Assembly (NCBI GenBank): GCA_963729895.1
Contig: CAVSQB010000022.1
Coordinates: 32,001 to 96,000, forward strand
Origin: an uncultured Fibrobacterota bacterium
Lineage (GTDB): Bacteria; Fibrobacterota; Chitinivibrionia; Chitinivibrionales; FEN-1185
Direction: 5' to 3'
Length of the DNA stretch: 64,000 bases
Shown here: piece by piece, positions 41,464 to 50,176 of the stretch
How positions within the stretch are numbered: the stretch's first letter is position 1
How the letters are laid out: each line of letters starts with the position of its first letter
Position numbers and translations under genes: made by a program
The notes under the pieces: model-generated
The model's database searches: none
What the model was told of the DNA's origin: nothing
What the model saw: the letters and a program-made list of their open reading frames with translations, nothing else

Positions 41464-42712
41464 CGTGTTTATCTTCTCCTAAACAGGTTGGGCCGTCGAT
41501 TCCGAATCAGTTACTTGCTGATAGGGAGCACTCTCCAGAAGCGGGCCCAAATCGCACTTCTTCAATTGAGCATTGGTTCAACTATCTCGGAAATTAATTT
41601 GGCGATAGCTGGCGAGGCAGTCAATCCTGGCGATTCAATTCCTACGAGGTTTATTAATCCTGGGTGTCCGTTTTGCGTTTCGTCCGCAATGACAAAGTCC
41701 TGAACTGCTTCGGTTGGGCCCGATAATTTTGGGCGCACTCCCGACAAGTCCGGAATAAATGCCTCTCTTTCGAGTCCGATTAGAAATTGGGATGCTGACT
41801 CATAAAAGAAGTCTCGCTTATTCACATCAACAGTGTAATCAATATTATCAATGTATTCCACGTCGGGGCCAAACCTAAGCCTTCCACCAAGGTCGACTGT
41901 TGCATGAACACCTAAGCCCGTTAGCCCCTGGTGAGGGGTAGGATATATCAACATTGGTAATGTGTACCGCTGTGCGTAGTGGAAATATGAGCCTTTGCAG
42001 AATTGGAGCTTGTAGCCCTGAGAATGAATATCTATTCCAGCCAAGGCGGCGACCAAATCCGAGGAAAGTCCTGCGCAATTGATTACAAATCGTGACTCAA
42101 AGGAGAAGTCGTCCTGTTCCAGCGATAGGAGGTAACCACCGTTTCGCTTCTTTATCTGCATCATTCTTGAATTGTAGGCAACAGTTACTCCGCGATCAAG
42201 GGCCGTTTTGACGAAGTACTTCATAAGGCCATGAGAATCAATGATACCCGTATTGGGCAGGTATATTGCTGAATCTGCTTTAACAATAGAGGCAATTTTT
42301 GAGATTTCCTTCTTTTCGAGAAATCGGATTTCTTCAACATTGTTTTGTACACCATGTTCATAAAGCTCTTGTATTGCTTTAATGTCCCCGGCTCCATTTG
42401 CCACAATGAGCTTTCCAAGCCTTTTGTAGGGGATAGAGTTTTTTTCACATATTTCATACAACAATCGTGCACCTTCAATGCAAAGCTTCATCTTAAGTGA
42501 ATCTTTGGGATAATAGATTCCTGAATGGATTACCTCACTATTTCTGCTGCTCGTCTCTTTGCCAAAGGATTCGTGCTGTTCAACCACAACGATGTCTTTC
42601 ACCTTCTGTGACAGTTCTGCAGCAATAGCAAGCCCCAATGGCTATACCCCCGAAAACTTGCTCATTTGAGAAGGGAGTTTTCCGAGTTATTTTAAACTAA
42701 CTAGGAGGACTC

Positions 42713-42976
42713 ATGAAAGGCAAGCGCTACAGTGAAGAGCAGATTTTTCGGATCCTGCAAGAAGGCGACCGCGGAGCCAAAGTCGCTGATCTTTGTCGTC
42801 AATATGGTATTTCAGAGAACACGTACTTCCGTTGGAAGAGCAAATACAGCGGACTTGAGCTCTCTGATCTGAAAAGGATGAAGGAGATCGAGGGCGAAAA
42901 CAGCCGGCTCAAGCGGATTGTTGCAGACCAGGCACTTCAGATCGATGCAATGAAGGAAGTGCTGCAAAGAAAATAG
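42713..42976 (+). CDS. IS3 OrfA
   Basis: MKGKRYSEEQI...LCRQYGISENTYFRWKSKY...ENSRLKRIVAD; AGGAGG RBS. Confidence 0.95.
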   Translation: MKGKRYSEEQIFRILQEGDRGAKVADLCRQYGISENTYFRWKSKYSGLELSDLKRMKEIEGENSRLKRIVADQALQIDAMKEVLQRK

Positions 42977-43833
42977 TGAAGCGTCCTCAGCGTAGGCTGA
43001 CTGTGGACGCACTAATGCGGCAAGGCCTGAGTCAACGGAAAGCATGCGGACTTCTGGGTATGACACCGGCAGGGTACCGCTATCGACCGCAGGAATCGGC
43101 TTTGAACAGCGAGTTGAAAACAAAAATGCATGAAACCATTTCATCGTTCCGTTCATGGGGCTTTCCGACGCTTTATTGGTATCTCCGCAACCTTGGGTAC
43201 ATAGTAAATCACAAACGTGTGCATCGGCTCTACAAGGAAGAATCGCTTCAGAAAAGCAAGCGGAGGAGGCGTCAGAAACGCAATAGCCAACGGATGCCGT
43301 TGACGCTGCCGGATCGGCCAAGCCGTCGCTGGTCAATGGATTTCATATTCGACAGTACTTCCGACAAGCGCAAGCTGAAATGCCTGAATGTTGTCGATGA
43401 CTGCACCCGTGAGGCTCTTGCAATCAAGGTAGCACGTTCTATTCCAGCACTAGGAGTCTGCCAAGTTCTAGACCACCTGGTGGCCAGGTACGGAAAGCCG
43501 GAAGCTCTGTTGACTGATAACGGCCCGGAATTCCGGAGCAAAGAACTCATGCTCTGGGCAATACGAAACCAGGTAAGGCAGGAATTCATTCAGCCCGGCA
43601 AGCCCAGCCAGAATGCTTTTGTAGAATCATTCAATTCGATATTCAGGGACCAATGCTTGAATGAAAACTGGTTCATCTCATTAGAGGACGCAGAAAGAAT
43701 AATCGAACATTGGAAGAACATTTACAACCGGATACGGCCACACGGATCACTAAAGGGGAAAACACCTGAAGAATACAGAGGTCAATTCAAAGAGAAAACT
43801 CCCATTTCGACTGAGAAAGTAATTGGGGTATAG
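42976..43833 (+). CDS. IS3 OrfB transposase
   Basis: -1 frame relative to orfA; DDE motifs WSMDF / DNGPEF / ESFN. Confidence 0.95.
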   Translation: MKRPQRRLTVDALMRQGLSQRKACGLLGMTPAGYRYRPQESALNSELKTKMHETISSFRSWGFPTLYWYLRNLGYIVNHKRVHRLYKEESLQKSKRRRRQKRNSQRMPLTLPDRPSRRWSMDFIFDSTSDKRKLKCLNVVDDCTREALAIKVARSIPALGVCQVLDHLVARYGKPEALLTDNGPEFRSKELMLWAIRNQVRQEFIQPGKPSQNAFVESFNSIFRDQCLNENWFISLEDAERIIEHWKNIYNRIRPHGSLKGKTPEEYRGQFKEKTPISTEKVIGV

Positions 43834-44385
43834 CCACCAACACGCCAGCACCAATAACAGTTACATTTACTTCTTCCATTGGGTTCTCGCTCTTAAGTCT
43901 TTGCTAATGTCGGTTCAAACGATGTGAAAAAAGATTCCAGAAATTGGATTTTACATCCCGGCTCTTTCCGCTCCTCCGAGGGAAACCCATGGCGACGGTG
44001 CGTTGTCCAGTCAGATCCTTACTTGAGGTTCACCTTATTAGCGAGCCTGGTCCTAATTTTATCCATCGGTACGCATCATTCAAGCATTACGGAGATAGTT
44101 TGAGCCTTATACTATTCATGGTGCGAATAGGACAATGGCGGTTTCTTGGGGCGACTGCCGAAAAAACTTGTTGCGATTTGCTGCAACATTGTAGAAACAT
44201 ATTTTGACACCAAAATTATTTCCGACCCGAGAAAATTTCTTGCATTATGTTTTCAGTAGGCCGTTTATCTTCCGGGGTTTTTTCTAAGGGTGCGACGACC
44301 CGAATGAAGATGGAGTAATGGCTCCTTATGAAAAACACTCCGCACCAAAAAAACATCCAGAAAGAGTTTCTTTTCCTTGAATGTC

Positions 44386-44721
44386 CTATGTGGTACATCC
44401 GATCAAACCCGCACAACGCCCCCCCCGCCCCTCGCTCTCATCCTTTCTTGCCGCCAGCAACAGCCATTCCGCCATCCATTCCGCCCGCTTTTCAAACGGC
44501 AATTCGCTGAGCTCCCGCTGGTCGTCGGAAAGGTAAACCGTGTCGGCGGGAATGGTATACGGCTCAAGGAGACGAACCGATGCCGCCCGGATCCGTTGCG
44601 AATCAACCAATATTACTCCGGCGATTGAATATGCCACGCAAGCCTGGCCGGAGTTCAGTAAGACCTCTGCGCCGGCGGATACAAACTCATGCTGGAGTTG
44701 CTGGTAAGGGTTCTTTGTCAT
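44386..44721 (-). pseudogene. Probable internally deleted relic of a nucleotidyltransferase-like gene
   Basis: LLNSGQACVAYSI resembles LLMGGQACVLYGG of 49150-49893; most of the rest is repeat copy A. Confidence 0.55.
44424..44634. repeat. Relic repeat copy A
   Basis: Core agcaacagccattccgcc...cttttcaaa, shared with 45115, 45706 and 47657. Confidence 0.9.
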
Positions 44722-44731
44722 GATGGTGTGC

Positions 44732-45037
44732 TCACCTTTTCTTCCCCGTTGCCGGCAGCAGCCTCAACTCTTTCTTTCTTTTCTCAATGAGGTTCCTGTC
44801 TTCCTCTGTCTTTTCAGAAGAGCTGAGCGCGTGCATGAACACCACAAAGAGGCTGGCCAGGAAAAACAACTCAAACCCGAAAACGAGCGGAAAAAGTCTC
44901 TTTTCCTTAAAGGTCTTGTGCAAATACAACGGATCCTCAACCCTGAACGCCTTCCTGCTTACTATCATTTCTTTCTCGATCTCGCTCGAAAGCAGGCTGA
45001 GAATTTTCGTACGGAGTATCGGATCGGCAATGTTCAC
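44732..45037 (-). pseudogene. Diverged second copy of the wzz 3' end
   Basis: About 79/99 aa identical by hand count to the C-terminus of 47966-48952. Confidence 0.9.
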
Positions 45038-45114
45038 AACCTCTCAGTCAAGGCATGCGGCCAAAAATCATCATTTTGCACCATCTTCATCGCCCCCACT
45101 GTCGTCGATGCGCA

Positions 45115-45148
45115 ATGCGAGCAACAGCCATTCCGCCCGCTTTTCAAA
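45115..45148. repeat. Relic repeat copy B (core only)
   Basis: atgcgagcaacagccattccgcccgcttttcaaa. Confidence 0.85.
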
Positions 45149-45261
45149 GGCCAATCAGGCGATTTTTGGCCAAGCCCCGCCGATGCTTCCCTTGTGGAAC
45201 ATCGTGCTGTAGTGCGCTTGTTCAGAACGCATGCGCCTATCTTTTCCGCAGGCAGAATACC

Positions 45262-45348
45262 ACCTCCCGCAATATAGCTTACTCCTTCGCGCTTACGGCG
45301 TTCGGAAAGAAGCCTTAACACGGCTATTTGGTATTCTGCAAGAGCCAC
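45262..45348 (-). pseudogene. Truncated N-terminus of an AbiEii-like nucleotidyltransferase
   Basis: GTG start overlapping the upstream small gene; VALAEYQIAVLRLLSERRKREGVSYIAGG, after which resemblance is lost. Confidence 0.5.
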
Positions 45349-45569
45349 AGTTTTAATTTTCTCGTTTCGATCCAATCGGCCTGTGAACATTTTTTTGCAA
45401 TACAATCCAAAATACCGATTGAAGAAGGCGATGTTATATCAACCTTCTGCGCAGGATTCAAAAACCATAATGCTCGTGTTCGATAAGACTCGACAAGCTC
45501 CCGGAATTTGAGCTGGGCGTCCTCTCTGGTTTTTATTGGAATATTATTTGTCGATGTAATCGAATGCAT
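45324..45569 (-). CDS. Small hypothetical protein, probable partner/antitoxin of the truncated NTase
   Basis: 81 aa, LVESYRTRALWFL; overlaps the next start codon. Confidence 0.6.
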   Translation of the reverse strand: MHSITSTNNIPIKTREDAQLKFRELVESYRTRALWFLNPAQKVDITSPSSIGILDCIAKKCSQADWIETRKLKLWLLQNTK

Positions 45570-45705
45570 GTGGAACGTTTAGTATGCGCCAAGTAGAACG
45601 GGCATTCCTTCGAGTCGTCTTTTTTCATCGCTCATCATCCAAACAGCCGATTACCGCAGGTTCTTTAAGTTTTGCAGTCATAGACCTCCGCCTTTGTACC
45701 GTCCA

Positions 45706-45883
45706 CCCGCCCCTCGCTCTCATCCGTTCTCGACGCGAGCAACAGCCATTCCGCCATCCATTTCCCCCGCTTTTCAAACGGTAATTCGCCGGTCGTCCGT
45801 ACGGTACGCCGTGCTCTCGGAACCCGGTGTACGCCTCGAGGAGACGAAGACGTGCCGCGCGGATGCATTCCGGATCGACCATT
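45706..45883. repeat. Relic repeat copy C (most diverged)
   Basis: Encodes ELPFEKRGKWMAEWLLLASRTDESEGR on - strand versus ELPFEKRAEWMAEWLLLAARKDESEGR in copy A. Confidence 0.88.
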
Positions 45884-45909
45884 GCAGGCATTGTCGTTTA
45901 CGAGAAGAA

Positions 45910-46338
45910 TCATTTTTCACTTCCCTCAGCCAGTTTGCTCTGAACAAACAACATTAATTTCTTCGCGGCCTTTATCGCGGAATCTGAATCGCCGGTACTG
46001 TACGCTTCGGAGGGGGTCGTGCCCGGCAAGCCATCAGGATACCTCGTTGGAATGTAATACCGGTCCAGCTCACGAAATTCTTCTTCGAATTTCGCCAGCT
46101 TTTCCGCTATAGGCGGCGCGCCGACGAATTCCTTTCCGAGTTTCAGCAAGGAATGTCCCCAGGGTTCAATATCATTTAGGAAGTACAATGCCTTGAGGGC
46201 CTTTTCTCCCGCTTGCTGAGAGTGAAAACAACTTTGGGCGAACATCTTGTTCTTATGCAGTATTTCCGCCGCACCCATGTCGTCCTGGGCCGTGGAAAAC
46301 CAACGCAAGGCCTGAGCATCTTTCTTTTCAACGCTCAT
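45910..46338 (-). CDS. HEPN domain protein
   Basis: CFHSQQAGEKALKA, GHSL, LDRYYIPTRYP. Confidence 0.9.
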   Translation of the reverse strand: MSVEKKDAQALRWFSTAQDDMGAAEILHKNKMFAQSCFHSQQAGEKALKALYFLNDIEPWGHSLLKLGKEFVGAPPIAEKLAKFEEEFRELDRYYIPTRYPDGLPGTTPSEAYSTGDSDSAIKAAKKLMLFVQSKLAEGSEK

Positions 46339-46750
46339 AGATAACAACCCCTTCCCGTAATACGGTTTGTATGAATGAGCGGTCTTTCATTGCGGATAAT
46401 TCCTCATCCGTATAAATCAGTAAATCCAACCCGACCTGGCCGAAGGCGTCATACAAACCGTCAAAATCGGCGTACCTGTCGAAGAACCGTTTTTTCGTAT
46501 TCTTGGAAATCACCATCATGTCGATGTCGGATTTTCGCGATTGGGTTCCCCGCGACCAGGACCCGAACACAAGCGCTTTTTGCGCCGGTGATTGGGCAAA
46601 CACCGGTTGCGCAACCCTCCGTATGTCATTCAAACTTTGAATAACACAGCACGCGCATTCCCCGCGACTTGGCGCGGGGGTTTTCAATTTCAACGGCGCC
46701 CACTCGTTGTGATACAGTTCTTCATTGGGATTATTGAGCATGGCGATCAC
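46328..46750 (-). CDS. Minimal nucleotidyltransferase (MNT)
   Basis: VFGSWSRGTQSRKSDID, LDLLIYT; overlaps the HEPN start. Confidence 0.9.
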   Translation of the reverse strand: MIAMLNNPNEELYHNEWAPLKLKTPAPSRGECACCVIQSLNDIRRVAQPVFAQSPAQKALVFGSWSRGTQSRKSDIDMMVISKNTKKRFFDRYADFDGLYDAFGQVGLDLLIYTDEELSAMKDRSFIQTVLREGVVIYER

Positions 46751-46791
46751 TTGTTCGCATTGAAATTAAAACTCTTCTTCCATAGTTAAAA

Positions 46792-47295
46792 TCAGGGTAA
46801 TCCTGTGTCTTTCAGGAGAATCCTGGTTAGAAAAGATTCGAATTCTTGTTTCAACTGTCTATCCGCTTCCAAAACAACCTTTGCGGTTTCACGGGTTTTC
46901 AGGGGATCCAGAAGCACTCCATAGCTATTGCGAAACAGATGGCGAAACCGAAGGCACGCATCAAGCATTTCATACAGGCTTTCCGATATCACCGGCCCTC
47001 TCTTTGTTTCGATGGTACTCTTCATTTCCATCAGGAGAAGCTTGTGCCATGATTCTCCTCTGGGAATGCCGCCATTCAACTCCTCCGCCACCAAACGGAA
47101 GAGGTTTTCCGCGGAATTGTAGAAATCGTGAATATAGGATCCTTCGGCCCGAAGTTCATGACCATTGCTCTGCACAGGATTCTTTTGCAATAGGTCTTTC
47201 AGCGCCTCAAGGTTTCTGTCTATAAATTTGCATTCCTGTTCAAAGAAAGAGCGAAGCGATGCATAAGCGGATAGTCTCTGTCGTTCAGGGTCCAA
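46792..47295 (-). CDS. HepT-like/HEPN RNase-family toxin
   Basis: HDFYNSAENLF, WHKLLL, FRHLFRNSY. Confidence 0.82.
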   Translation of the reverse strand: MDPERQRLSAYASLRSFFEQECKFIDRNLEALKDLLQKNPVQSNGHELRAEGSYIHDFYNSAENLFRLVAEELNGGIPRGESWHKLLLMEMKSTIETKRGPVISESLYEMLDACLRFRHLFRNSYGVLLDPLKTRETAKVVLEADRQLKQEFESFLTRILLKDTGLP

Positions 47296-47626
47296 TGGTT
47301 TTGCTCCTTGATAAAATATAGTCTCTCTTTTCCGGATACACGGAGGCCAGCGGAATCAAATCTATCTTTATGGGAAAATACTTTTCGAATTCGGGTTCAA
47401 TATCAAACGCCTGTGCCGAAGTAAAATTGGTGACGGCAATATCGATGTCGGAATCCTCATGAAATCGTTCGCGCATAAGGAGAGAGCCGGCAACGCGAAC
47501 ATCCTCGGCATGATATTTTTCCCGAAGCATTCGCGCAACATCAAAGGCGATATCCCACGATCTGCAGAACCTCGCTTCAAGCCCGTCGTTAATATCGGGA
47601 TGCATAGGAATTGAACGAATACTCAT
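47285..47626 (-). CDS. Minimal nucleotidyltransferase (MNT) antitoxin
   Basis: VAGSLL...FHEDSDIDIAV, KIDLI; overlaps the downstream toxin start. Confidence 0.85.
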   Translation of the reverse strand: MSIRSIPMHPDINDGLEARFCRSWDIAFDVARMLREKYHAEDVRVAGSLLMRERFHEDSDIDIAVTNFTSAQAFDIEPEFEKYFPIKIDLIPLASVYPEKRDYILSRSKTIGP

Positions 47627-47656
47627 GTTCTCTTTGTCTTTCGTCAGGAGTTCAAT

Positions 47657-47834
47657 TTCTCGATGCGAGCAACAGCCATTCCGCCCTCTTTTCAAACGGC
47701 AATTCGCCGAGCTTCCGCTGGTCGTCGGAAAGGTAAACTGTGTCGGCGGGAATGGTATACCGCTCAAGGAGACGAACCGATGCCGCCCGGATGCGTTGCG
47801 AATCAACCATTATTACTCCGGCGATTGAATATGC
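47657..47834. repeat. Relic repeat copy D
   Basis: Nearly identical to copy A over ggcaattcgc...gattgaatatgc. Confidence 0.92.
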
Positions 47835-47965
47835 AATAACCATTGGTCGCCGTCATGGCAAAATGGTGCAACAATTTACGCATGTGACGTTGCCGGAGTA
47901 ATAAGATTCTCCTCCTGCAAAGGCGTCGCCGCAACACAAAGAAAATGTGCAAAAGCGACGGCTGC

Positions 47966-48952
47966 TCACGTTTTCTTCCCCGCCGCCGGCAGCAGCCTCA
48001 ATTCCCTTTTTATTTTCTCTAAAAGATCCCAGTCTTCTCCGGTCTTTTCGGAAGAGCTGAAGGCGTGGATAAAAACAATAAACAGACAGCTCAGGAAAAA
48101 CAATCCAAATCCCAAAACCAGTGGAAAAAGTCTCTTCTCTTTAAAGGTCTTGTGCAGATACAGAGGATCAAGCACCTTGAACGCCTCCCTGCTTACTATC
48201 ATTTCTTTCTCGATCTCGGTCGAAAGGAGACTAAGAATTTTCGTCCTGAGCAGCGGATCGGCGATGGTAACAAGCTCGCTGTCGAGGTATGCCACGTTCT
48301 CTTTAGCCTCGGCCTGGACTTTTGTCCTGATATATTCATTGAGATAGTCCAGATACGTCGCGGCAAGATTGTTGGTGAATGCGGAGTCTCTTGATTGAAT
48401 GGACATGACGATTACGTTTCTTTTGCTGTCTTTGGTCTTCTTCAGAAATTTCGCCTTTATAAAACCACCGATATCCAGCGGTTTCGGTTGAACAAACTTC
48501 GGCGTCCACGCACCCGTGGCTTGGTCCCAGTATTTCTTGTACGCCTTTGGCCATTGATATTTGTAAATAGCCGGCAGCAAGGAATATGTTTCCACCAATT
48601 TTGCGCCGAAATCCCTGCTGTCAAGTATCATGTCCATGGTATTCAGGCTTGCGCTGCCTTGATCGAGGTTGAGCTGGCTTGCAACGATGCCGCCGAGCGC
48701 GCCGAGCTGGGCCAGTGAGGTGGATTGCTGGGATTCCCGCTCCTTGGGAGCAATAATCGTTTCCGCGACCCATGTTGGTCCCTTGATAAGCGCGGCGACA
48801 TACCCGGCCACGAGCCCCAGCAGAGTGAGCCCGACTATGAGCTTCTTGTGTTTGACAAGAGCGTAGATGTATTCAAGCAGGTTGATCTCGTCGGGGTCGT
48901 GGGGTCTTGATTGTACTGCTTGGGCGGATTGGTGGTTTTGGTTGAGATCCAT
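47966..48952 (-). CDS. Wzz-like polysaccharide chain-length determinant
   Basis: DEINLLEY, N-terminal TM, periplasmic helical region, C-terminal TM. Confidence 0.8.
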   Translation of the reverse strand: MDLNQNHQSAQAVQSRPHDPDEINLLEYIYALVKHKKLIVGLTLLGLVAGYVAALIKGPTWVAETIIAPKERESQQSTSLAQLGALGGIVASQLNLDQGSASLNTMDMILDSRDFGAKLVETYSLLPAIYKYQWPKAYKKYWDQATGAWTPKFVQPKPLDIGGFIKAKFLKKTKDSKRNVIVMSIQSRDSAFTNNLAATYLDYLNEYIRTKVQAEAKENVAYLDSELVTIADPLLRTKILSLLSTEIEKEMIVSREAFKVLDPLYLHKTFKEKRLFPLVLGFGLFFLSCLFIVFIHAFSSSEKTGEDWDLLEKIKRELRLLPAAGKKT

Positions 48953-49149
48953 GGTGAACGGGTTCCTGGTTAAAGATTATCTGTTGAAAAGCACGCTGTT
49001 CGGTAAAGACAATCCGCAGTCATTTTATCGGCAGTTTGTTCTGAACCAATAAAATACGCTGCGTGGCAAAGGCTTGTGGCCAAAAATCAACATTTCGATG
49101 ATAGCGATAGGTGGAGCTTCAAATGACGGGAAATCCGGGGTTCCATAAA

Positions 49150-49893
49150 TCATTTCCCATACCGGCTTTTTTCCAGTTCTTTAAGAAGCGGCCTCCAATA
49201 CAGCCTGTCTGCGTCCCGCTCCTTTTCTTCTTCTGCCATCAACGCGCTCGTCAATGCTTCTTCCGTGCAGCCCGGTAACAGGCAAAGTAATCGTCGTTGT
49301 TTTCTCAATTCCTTGACCCTATCCGGATGTTGAGAGCACAACATGCGGATAATTTCCGGAGTCCGCGCTTCCGTGAGCCAGAACCGGATGTTTTCGGGTG
49401 AACTACGGTCTTTGTTTTCAAGGTAATGGGCTTCAACAAGGCGTCTGATATGTGACCAGTCTTTATCGCGCTGGGTTTTCTTAACTTCAATGAGATCCGG
49501 AAGCGATATAACATCCACGGCAAGGCCATCGCTCAGTTTCAACGTAGTGCGACGCTTCCATAGCGTTTCGAAAGAAGGAGCATTGCGCATTACCGACATG
49601 ATATCGAGGCGCATGTCCCTCGCTCCCGGATGCTTGCATCGAAAATGTATTGCGTGTCCCTTTAGAAGATGTTCTATCGAAAGTTGGGGAACGGCTATGA
49701 GCTCGGCTTGCAATTCCGTAAGCGCCGCATCCAGGCTTCCAAGGTTTTTCCGGTCGGGCAAAATTGCAATATCAGTGTCACGGCTGAACTCAGACCCGCC
49801 GTACAATACGCACGCCTGCCCGCCCATCAGCAGAAAACGCACCCGGCAGCCAAGCAGAACGGAAAGGACTTTGATAATCGGGTTCGGGGTCAA
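49150..49893 (-). CDS. Nucleotidyltransferase-fold protein
   Basis: TTG start after GGAGG; LLMGGQACVLYG...SRDTD, LDIM, DLIEVKKTQRDKDW. Confidence 0.8.
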   Translation of the reverse strand: MTPNPIIKVLSVLLGCRVRFLLMGGQACVLYGGSEFSRDTDIAILPDRKNLGSLDAALTELQAELIAVPQLSIEHLLKGHAIHFRCKHPGARDMRLDIMSVMRNAPSFETLWKRRTTLKLSDGLAVDVISLPDLIEVKKTQRDKDWSHIRRLVEAHYLENKDRSSPENIRFWLTEARTPEIIRMLCSQHPDRVKELRKQRRLLCLLPGCTEEALTSALMAEEEKERDADRLYWRPLLKELEKSRYGK

Positions 49894-50176
49894 GGCTACC
49901 TCCGGTTTTCCGGTAGAAATCCCATAATTTCTTTGTTTCTGTCCAGCGATCTTGAGGACTGAGTGCGTACCAGGATCTCCATTCGTCACTTTCTCCAATG
50001 GGGATTGCAGCCTGCCGGCGCGGTCTTTTTCTTGAAAGCATGTAGCGGGCAAGACGTTCCATATCTTCAACGATCTTGATTTTTTCCCTTATCGACAGCG
50101 CTCTGAAATGCCGCACCTGTAACTTCACTCCGCTGTCCCAATCGGGAAGGTGTTTCCGGATTGTGCGCTTATCCAT
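49790..50176 (-). CDS. Small hypothetical protein overlapping both flanking NTase genes
   Basis: Start overlaps the stop of 50169-50678; its tail overlaps the next NTase by 104 nt. Confidence 0.6.
   Translation of the reverse strand: MDKRTIRKHLPDWDSGVKLQVRHFRALSIREKIKIVEDMERLARYMLSRKRPRRQAAIPIGESDEWRSWYALSPQDRWTETKKLWDFYRKTGGSLDPEPDYQSPFRSAWLPGAFSADGRAGVRIVRRV

Larger units (their letters stand above)
42639..43836 (+). mobile_element. IS3-family (IS407-group-like) element, copy 2, intact (1198 bp)
   Basis: TG...CA inverted ends; TSD ccaa (42635-42638 / 43837-43840). Confidence 0.96.
41562..43879 (-). pseudogene. LhgO-like FAD-dependent oxidoreductase interrupted by IS3 at about codon 14
   Basis: 43837-43879 gives MEEVNVTVIGAGVL, joining GLAIAAE...ETSSRNSEVIHSGIYY...GIESPGLTASPAIA at 41562-42638. 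Confidence 0.92.

Noticed and set aside
14912..43836. Polysaccharide block delivered as an IS3 composite transposon
   Set aside because: Each IS has its own TSD (ggtt, ccaa), and copy 2 splits a gene whose halves lie on both sides.
43880..44385. Small ORFs or an ops/JUMPstart element before the variable block
   Set aside because: No GGCGGTAG ops motif seen and the ORFs are unrecognisable; probably leader or decayed DNA.
45625..45681. Short ORF MTAKLKEPAVIGCLDDER after a GGAGG RBS, downstream of repeat C
   Set aside because: Possibly another cassette relic, but too short to support a call.
44424..47834. Repeats as attC sites, CRISPR repeats or DGR TR/VR pairs
   Set aside because: No RYYYAAC...GTTRRRY palindrome, irregular spacing, no integrase or reverse transcriptase, and differences are not adenine-specific.
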